Shown one piece after another: positions 58,399 through 64,000 of a DNA stretch of 64,000 nt (positions are counted from its first letter, which is position 1; the number at the start of each line of letters is the position of its first letter). The stretch is from the sequence record OR757435; one strand, 5' to 3'. A program made the translations under genes and the position numbers. The DNA is from Escherichia phage vB-EcoP-XT32. The notes beneath the pieces were generated by a model, which worked only from the letters and a program-made list of their open reading frames with translations, was not told where the DNA came from and did not search any database.

Positions 58399-59592
58399 TT
58401 ATTTTCCTAAAAATAATCCGCTCATAACACCATCCCACTCAGAGGATGGAATCACTGAATACTCCGAACTTTGGTCCAGAATCCCACTACTAAATCGCTG
58501 AACAATGTTGTAGATGTTGAACAGATCTTTAGCCTCAGCACGAATGCCGTAGATTAACCTGTTAGATGTTCTCTCATTTTTAGACACGCGACGAGTAAAG
58601 TTGATCAGAAGGTTGTCACATTTCAGGATTTCTGATTCGCTCTCTACTAAATCAGGGTGCATCACCGGCAAGAACATCGAATTATTAACTCGTAATTCTG
58701 CTGTTTCATCATTCTCATAACGAATCCACTTAAAATCTTCATCACGGAAGTGACCACACCCATCCCTATACGACTGTTGACGCCAAGGCACTTGAAATGC
58801 TTCAGCATATTTATCAGCCATACCAACCGTAAACAACGACGCTGGGAAGATACAAGCATCCCAATCATTACCAACCAGAGTAGCTTTCGTTTCACCCAAG
58901 AGGTTAGTGTAAGTGCTAACCATTCGTGAGTAAACGTAAGCCTGAAGAATTGTCCATCCTTCAACCAACCATTTATGAAGGAAGGTTTCAACTTGACTCT
59001 CTTCATCATCACAATAGAAGGTTCGATCTAACATTAAATAGAACAGACAACGATCAGCAGGAACATTCTCAGTTGCTACACCCATAAAACCTTTTTCGTG
59101 CCAGCGTAAACAGGAGGGACGATCTTTGTCCACAAATGCTTCCATAGCTTCCAGTACAGCACGAGGTGAGGTTTGATACTCAGGGTTTTTATCATTCCAG
59201 TGCTCAATGTTATTTTTAAGCTCGCCTTCGTGATCAATTGCACCCCAACCTAAATCTGCGGATACAGGTTTTTCATCACGCCATCGTCTAAAACCTAACA
59301 TCTTCATGTGAGTTCCGGAGTTCCAGATATGCTTGATTTTACACATATCCATCTCTCGGCTTAGCAGGAACTCTTCCCCATCAGCACTACGAACGTTAGC
59401 CTCTTCATGCCACACTCGAACGTGCATATTCCACCCATGAGTTGCCTCATACATGTTAGGGTCGAAGTATTCATCTTCGTAATCATCTTCATCAACGCCA
59501 CCATTATAGTTGCGAAGCTGAAGGAACCCATAACAAGGAGGGTGGACCGTTAAAACATTACCTTCAGTATCTTCTAATGTTACTGGAAACAT
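58399..59592 (-). CDS. hypothetical protein within ligase cassette
   Basis: 397 aa; no recognisable motif. Confidence 0.5.
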   Translation of the reverse strand: MFPVTLEDTEGNVLTVHPPCYGFLQLRNYNGGVDEDDYEDEYFDPNMYEATHGWNMHVRVWHEEANVRSADGEEFLLSREMDMCKIKHIWNSGTHMKMLGFRRWRDEKPVSADLGWGAIDHEGELKNNIEHWNDKNPEYQTSPRAVLEAMEAFVDKDRPSCLRWHEKGFMGVATENVPADRCLFYLMLDRTFYCDDEESQVETFLHKWLVEGWTILQAYVYSRMVSTYTNLLGETKATLVGNDWDACIFPASLFTVGMADKYAEAFQVPWRQQSYRDGCGHFRDEDFKWIRYENDETAELRVNNSMFLPVMHPDLVESESEILKCDNLLINFTRRVSKNERTSNRLIYGIRAEAKDLFNIYNIVQRFSSGILDQSSEYSVIPSSEWDGVMSGLFLGK

Positions 59593-59603
59593 TATACCAA
59601 CCT

Positions 59604-59966
59604 CTATTGGTTTTTAATCAACTCAATTGACTTACGGATATAAAGAATATCTCGGAAGTTTCTGTAGTTGTTCATAAATTGGTGCTTCTGGAAAGTAGCT
59701 TCTTCCATAGCTTTCTTTGCATCTTCGTAGTTTTTACGGGCAAGATGTACAACCCGCTCTGGTAACGTATTTGCACGACGGATGATATACTTGTGAGCTT
59801 TCATGTTGCTTTGCTCACGAGCAATCTTACCTTTAGCAACTTTGATACCATTTGCAATCCAAGCAAGTTCTTGCTCAAGATCCTCGTTGGACATTCCACC
59901 GAGATTTGATGCAACCTTGTTCAGAGTTTCAATATTAACGTTGCCCTTAATGGGACGTGTATTCAT
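59604..59966 (-). CDS. hypothetical protein (first gene of cassette operon)
   Basis: 120-aa helical ORF. Confidence 0.45.
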   Translation of the reverse strand: MNTRPIKGNVNIETLNKVASNLGGMSNEDLEQELAWIANGIKVAKGKIAREQSNMKAHKYIIRRANTLPERVVHLARKNYEDAKKAMEEATFQKHQFMNNYRNFRDILYIRKSIELIKNQ

Positions 59967-59968
59967 AC

Positions 59969-60121
59969 TTACTCCTGTTGTTTACACTCGTCAATAACCC
60001 ACTGATAAGTGGATTGCCCAGAAAAGAAACACTGAATAAATCCAGATGTTCTCTGCGTTACCAGTGCTAGTGCACAAATCACTACCGCTGCTGCTAGCAG
60101 TTTTAAATCTAATTTAGACAT
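59969..60121 (-). CDS. small membrane/secreted protein
   Basis: 50-aa ORF MSKLDLKLLAAAVVICALALV... with GAGG upstream. Confidence 0.4.
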   Translation of the reverse strand: MSKLDLKLLAAAVVICALALVTQRTSGFIQCFFSGQSTYQWVIDECKQQE

Positions 60122-60354
60122 ATTTCCTCTCGTTGAATTTAAAAAAGGACTCTCCGAAAAGAGCCAAGCTTTAAATCCAAAAAGATATTACCCAATATCT
60201 GTGGATAACCTGCTCTTAAAATATCTATCCGACGGATGTTTGAGGAATATTCCTCGCCCTAGCATCGGCCCCATACGGGAAATATATTAAGATTAGGTTA
60301 GTTGAGTCAGAATGACTCACATAGCCCTCCGGAGGGAAGGCTATAAATGTCACT

Positions 60355-60597
60355 CTACTTATCCCCACCAAAGGCGAGATAGGCATCCTTGATCTCAGTA
60401 ACCTGTGAATCAGGTTTGAATGCAGACAGATGGCCTGTGTTCAGGTTAACTGCGTTGGCAGGAATGATGTAACCCTCTACTTTAGTGTCAGGGATTTTCA
60501 TGTAGTAACTTGAAAAGTGCTCTGCTGAGAAAACTTCCCCAATAGAGACATCACTAATCTTCGATAGAGCATCCTTAGCTGGTTTCCCTATTTTCAT
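60355..60597 (-). CDS. hypothetical early protein
   Basis: 80-aa ORF. Confidence 0.4.
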   Translation of the reverse strand: MKIGKPAKDALSKISDVSIGEVFSAEHFSSYYMKIPDTKVEGYIIPANAVNLNTGHLSAFKPDSQVTEIKDAYLAFGGDK

Positions 60598-60830
60598 TAC
60601 TCACCTTTCTTAGCACGATCTTTGGCAGTTTTGCCAGTGCGGATACGATGGGAAACGTTAACCAGAGTGCCACCATCAACTACGGTAACACTTTTATTTT
60701 TAGCCAGATCGAACACAGTCTTCTCTGTGCCACCCAAGCGAATTTGCTTAGGTTCGCTGAAGGTTTGGGTTGATTTGGATTGGAACTGGAACGGTTGACG
60801 GATTGCATCAATTGCGCTTACTTTAGACAT
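60597..60830 (-). CDS. hypothetical early protein
   Basis: 77-aa ORF. Confidence 0.4.
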   Translation of the reverse strand: MSKVSAIDAIRQPFQFQSKSTQTFSEPKQIRLGGTEKTVFDLAKNKSVTVVDGGTLVNVSHRIRTGKTAKDRAKKGE

Positions 60831-61060
60831 AGGGGAAATTCCTTAAAAATTATGGCTGCGTAGAGGGAATTCCCTACGCAAATTGGTCCGCCCACAGAGA
60901 GGCGTCATAGTACTAAAAGGAGGAGAGAAGAAGGCTTATTTAGCTACCTTTTTCTGCCCGTTTACGAACCAGATAATTGAACCGTCAGGCTGTCGTTGAC
61001 CGAAGCCTTTCTGGTTAATCATATCGTCATAAGAATATGCTTTACGTCTCATTTGTTTTC

Positions 61061-61303
61061 CTACGAAGTTAAGATAATTTCAGCCTTACTAAACTTCTCA
61101 CCAACTTCAAGGGTATCAGCAACAGGACGAGGTACACCTGTACCCAAACAAACAGCCCTTCGATACCCTTCAGTCACAGGCATCATCAAATAGATGACCT
61201 GATTATCATCTTCTTTTAAAGTAAAGATATCAGCGATTGATAGATCTTTAACAAAGAGTTTCTTTTCTTCTTTGTGATGGACCTTGATATGTATTGTGCT
61301 CAT
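61061..61303 (-). CDS. hypothetical early protein
   Basis: 80-aa ORF. Confidence 0.4.
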   Translation of the reverse strand: MSTIHIKVHHKEEKKLFVKDLSIADIFTLKEDDNQVIYLMMPVTEGYRRAVCLGTGVPRPVADTLEVGEKFSKAEIILTS

Positions 61304-61308
61304 CTACA

Positions 61309-61554
61309 CTACTCCTGAACCACTGACATACGAATCACTTCAACTGGGGCATCACTTTTCATAACACCTAATACACCAGTAAGAAGATTGACTATAGTAA
61401 TCCAACCTTCTTCGACAGAGATTTTGTTGGACACATTATTGACACGGATGTAATACTGAGGGGATGCTGTTCCTCTTTGAACTACGAAAGGGTTTCCGGG
61501 AATAATTGTAGCCAATGAAACAGTGTTATCTTTAATCTTTGGGATGATCTTCAT
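61309..61554 (-). CDS. hypothetical early protein
   Basis: 81-aa ORF. Confidence 0.4.
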   Translation of the reverse strand: MKIIPKIKDNTVSLATIIPGNPFVVQRGTASPQYYIRVNNVSNKISVEEGWITIVNLLTGVLGVMKSDAPVEVIRMSVVQE

Positions 61555-61805
61555 TTAGAACCCTTAATAACGTTAGCTTCAACTTTAACAGGGATAACAG
61601 GAATCCCCTCGACCGGACCACTCAGATTACCATCTTCCAGCCTGACACACACTACTCGATCTCGTGCAACTTCCACCCAATTAGTAGATGCCGCAGTGCA
61701 GACCATGTGGATTGGTCCATTCTCCTCTAAACGGAATGTATCACCCTTCTTCAGAGTATGGAGTTTCACAGTCTTGGTAGTTCTATTTAACTCGTTAACT
61801 TTCAT
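61551..61805 (-). CDS. hypothetical early protein
   Basis: 84-aa ORF, overlaps previous by 4 nt. Confidence 0.4.
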   Translation of the reverse strand: MKVNELNRTTKTVKLHTLKKGDTFRLEENGPIHMVCTAASTNWVEVARDRVVCVRLEDGNLSGPVEGIPVIPVKVEANVIKGSK

Positions 61806-61813
61806 ATTGATTC

Positions 61814-62125
61814 CTATTTAAGTTTAAGGCTAATGTTAAGGTGCATACATGCCCTGTTCTGTACAGCAGCATAGCTTCTACCGAGCATGTCAGCCATTCT
61901 CTGAATAGACATGAACCCAGCATTACGGATAAGGAACTGGTCTTCTTCTTTAGACCACTTGACTCGGATTGCAGCTCTTGATATACCAAACTTAGTGCAA
62001 GCTGTATTAACTGCATTCTCCGTTACATTCATAATCTGAGCAACCTCTTGAACAGAGTACTCTTTGATTAGTCTCCGAAGATTTTCAATCTGCATCGGAG
62101 TCCATATAGTTCTTCGAGCTTTCAT
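61814..62125 (-). CDS. DNA-binding protein with two HTH-like repeats
   Basis: Start at ATG 62125 (GGAGG upstream); two repeats of W..(E/Q)...L ... (S/M).Q..A..(M/L) ... AV ... IS. Confidence 0.45.
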   Translation of the reverse strand: MKARRTIWTPMQIENLRRLIKEYSVQEVAQIMNVTENAVNTACTKFGISRAAIRVKWSKEEDQFLIRNAGFMSIQRMADMLGRSYAAVQNRACMHLNISLKLK

Positions 62126-62774
62126 ACATCCTCCAATTAGATATTGTTTGATTTGGTTACAGGTGTAGGGTTCGGACCTACGCTCGGACTCCCTAGCCAT
62201 CACCAAAGGGATGCACCCAATGGGCATACGGTCATTTGACCACGGGCGACTGCTTTACCATAGGCTCTGCATTAATTAGCCTCATAAGCTATACCTGTAA
62301 TTGATTGCCAGGGATTCCACCTGGCTCCATCTGTTTTTAAAGTCACTCAGATATCGTCCGGACTCTTTGCTGAGGGCCGTACAGGCTACTTTAAGTAACT
62401 TCTGTAAAGATTATTCCACAGCTTACCGTGATGAGGTATCTACTCATCAGGAGAGTACACTAACTCTGGGCCACGCTGTAGATATCAGCCTCCCTTCTAC
62501 AGCTAATCAGCTAATGCACCCTCCTGATAATTTATAAATAGGGGGAGGGGACGAATCCTCCCTTATCCTATTAATTAATATTGCATGTAAGATCTAACAA
62601 TCGGATGCCTTTGTAGGAATAAGCGTTATGCTAAATCCAGCACTAAACTCCCGCCCCCTTAGTGGGCTGGGTTATTAAAGGGTAACGCCCTTATGGGCTA
62701 GTTACGTGAATGTTAGTTTGATAGGAGATCTGAAGTCCTATCTCAAAGGACTCTCGTAAGAATCCTTCACGATA

Positions 62775-62906
62775 TTACTTATTCATCTCTCGTCGGCTAT
62801 CTCTCCAAGCCAACCAAGTGTAGGTTTTCAGCTCTTCAAAGTCTTCTGGAGAGAATAGATATTCTTTGAAGGTATTTCCAAACCACTTTAAAAATTCTTC
62901 AGTCAT
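62775..62906 (-). CDS. hypothetical small protein
   Basis: 43-aa ORF MTEEFLKWFGNTFKEY... with AAGAGG upstream. Confidence 0.3.
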   Translation of the reverse strand: MTEEFLKWFGNTFKEYLFSPEDFEELKTYTWLAWRDSRREMNK

Positions 62907-62914
62907 AAAACCTC

Positions 62915-63088
62915 TTAACAGGACTGATCACAAGGTTGATCTCCACATGTTTTACAAACTACTGGTGAATAACTACAGGCAGGATATACTGACACTCCAT
63001 CAAATGTTTCACACCCACAATCAGGACATGTACCGTTGGATTCCATGTCATAATCGTCATCTATTTCACCACCACCAAAACAGCTCAT
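62915..63088 (-). CDS. Cys-rich zinc-finger-like small protein
   Basis: 57 aa with CPDCGC ... C ... CKTCGDQPCDQSC. Confidence 0.4.
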   Translation of the reverse strand: MSCFGGGEIDDDYDMESNGTCPDCGCETFDGVSVYPACSYSPVVCKTCGDQPCDQSC

Positions 63089-63097
63089 ATAAACTCC

Positions 63098-63319
63098 TTA
63101 ATAAACTAAACCTATAGCCTTTGCATCAGGCTGAGGGACTACTTTTGCACTAGGGCGATAGCCATCCACTGAACCATTCCAAAGGTTGACGCAGGTAATA
63201 TACCCATCGTTCAAGTAGTCTGTTTTAATCCAGAAGTGTTTATCATGACCAAAAATACTTCCGTTTGGCAGTGTGGACAGTTCAACAGTTTTAAGGGATT
63301 GTTTAGAATCTAATTTCAT
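63098..63319 (-). CDS. hypothetical early protein
   Basis: 73-aa ORF. Confidence 0.4.
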   Translation of the reverse strand: MKLDSKQSLKTVELSTLPNGSIFGHDKHFWIKTDYLNDGYITCVNLWNGSVDGYRPSAKVVPQPDAKAIGLVY

Positions 63320-63328
63320 ACGAGTTCC

Positions 63329-63526
63329 TTAATACACCAAGCCGTGTAAGAGAAACACTCTCTTAGTTAACTCAGCTTTAGCTCTGTAATAAGCCTTAGA
63401 ACCTAACAGGCGGCGTTTAACAAAGAACTTAATATCATTGCTTACATCTTGTATTAAACGCTCCTGTACAGCTTCTGAGGTGTTATTAATCGAATCAATT
63501 AACACCTTTGTAGACGTGTAATTCAT
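63329..63526 (-). CDS. hypothetical early protein
   Basis: Start at internal ATG 63526 with AAGGAG upstream. Confidence 0.4.
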   Translation of the reverse strand: MNYTSTKVLIDSINNTSEAVQERLIQDVSNDIKFFVKRRLLGSKAYYRAKAELTKRVFLLHGLVY

Positions 63527-63527
63527 A

Positions 63528-63827
63528 TCACCACTCCTTACCGGTTGTAGTCGTAGAGCCACCACACCACAACGCTGTATCAATCACAACATTGTCTGGC
63601 GTAGACTTCTCTTCGTTGATAGAAGGGTTAGCATTAGAGCAGGTTGCTCCGTTCCAGCGCATATCAATTTCACCAGAAGGAACCTTCTCACCTTTATGCC
63701 AGCGAGATACACAAATACCATCCACTGCTACTGCACACCATCTATCAGGACGGCTCTGTACGCAGCCTGTAAGGGCCACACAGACAAGGAAGATACAGAT
63801 TAAGGATATTACACCACCCCAACTCAT
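63528..63827 (-). CDS. lipoprotein (signal peptide + lipobox)
   Basis: MSWGGVISLICIFLVCVALTGC: hydrophobic signal then lipobox LTGC; Cys-rich mature part. Confidence 0.55.
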   Translation of the reverse strand: MSWGGVISLICIFLVCVALTGCVQSRPDRWCAVAVDGICVSRWHKGEKVPSGEIDMRWNGATCSNANPSINEEKSTPDNVVIDTALWCGGSTTTTGKEW

Positions 63828-63847
63828 AACACACCTCCTATTTGATT

Positions 63848-63928
63848 TGGCGTCCCCACTAGGACTCGAACCTAAAATGGATTTNGATTTTTAGAAGAAA
63901 ACTGTTATATCCTTTTAACTATAGGGAC
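63848..63928 (-). tRNA. tRNA, probably tRNA-Arg (anticodon UCU), with encoded CCA
   Basis: 7-bp acceptor stem GTCCCTA/TGGGGAC, D-arm GTTA-AAAGGATA-TAAC, anticodon loop CTTCTAA, T-arm TTAGG-TTCGAGT-CCTAG, 3' GCCA; unusually long variable region containing one N. Confidence 0.6.
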
Positions 63929-64000
63929 TTGATTTATTTATAAAGAGAAAGACTTCTTACAATCCTTCTCTTCAAAAGTGTAGTAGCCTGTTGTATCAGG

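Noticed and set aside
62301-62537. 78-aa plus-strand ORF in the non-coding region
   Set aside because: No RBS, opposite to local transcription direction, atypical composition; region treated as non-coding or structured.

Overview
This window reads as a contiguous piece of a tailed, apparently strictly lytic dsDNA phage genome; no integrase, repressor or phage RNA polymerase was seen. All family assignments below come from reading the supplied translations by eye; no BLAST, HMM or folding was possible. Two convergent transcription blocks meet at a hairpin near 27.62-27.65 kb. The plus-strand block (1-27.6 kb) is morphogenesis: large terminase, portal, scaffold, major capsid with a putative -1 frameshift Ig-like extension, tail fiber proteins (one with a perfect 90-bp tandem repeat array), a GH24 endolysin, and internal/ejection proteins including a lytic transglycosylase. 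The minus-strand block (64 kb down to 27.6 kb) carries a tRNA, small early genes, primase-helicase, separately encoded 3'-5' exonuclease and family-A polymerase genes, nucleotide metabolism genes (dCTP deaminase, ThyX, dNMP kinase, thioredoxin), PhoH, a Dps/ferritin-like protein, an ECF-like sigma factor, macro and SLOG-like proteins, a T7 gp2.5-like SSB, a T7 gene 6-like 5'-3' exonuclease, overlapping spanins and five HNH endonucleases. The most interesting feature is an operon-like minus-strand cassette (about 50.0-59.6 kb) combining a GGCT-like cyclotransferase, an ATP-grasp ligase, a class-II glutamine amidotransferase, two glutamine-synthetase-like amidoligases and four unknowns; its product is unknown. 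Sigma factor, a recurring TAATGTATAT motif, a tRNA and the ligase content are consistent with phiEco32-like podophages as I recall them, but that is unverified. A 496-nt N run (44361-44856) is an assembly gap. Features I located myself rather than from the ORF track may be off by 1-3 nt.
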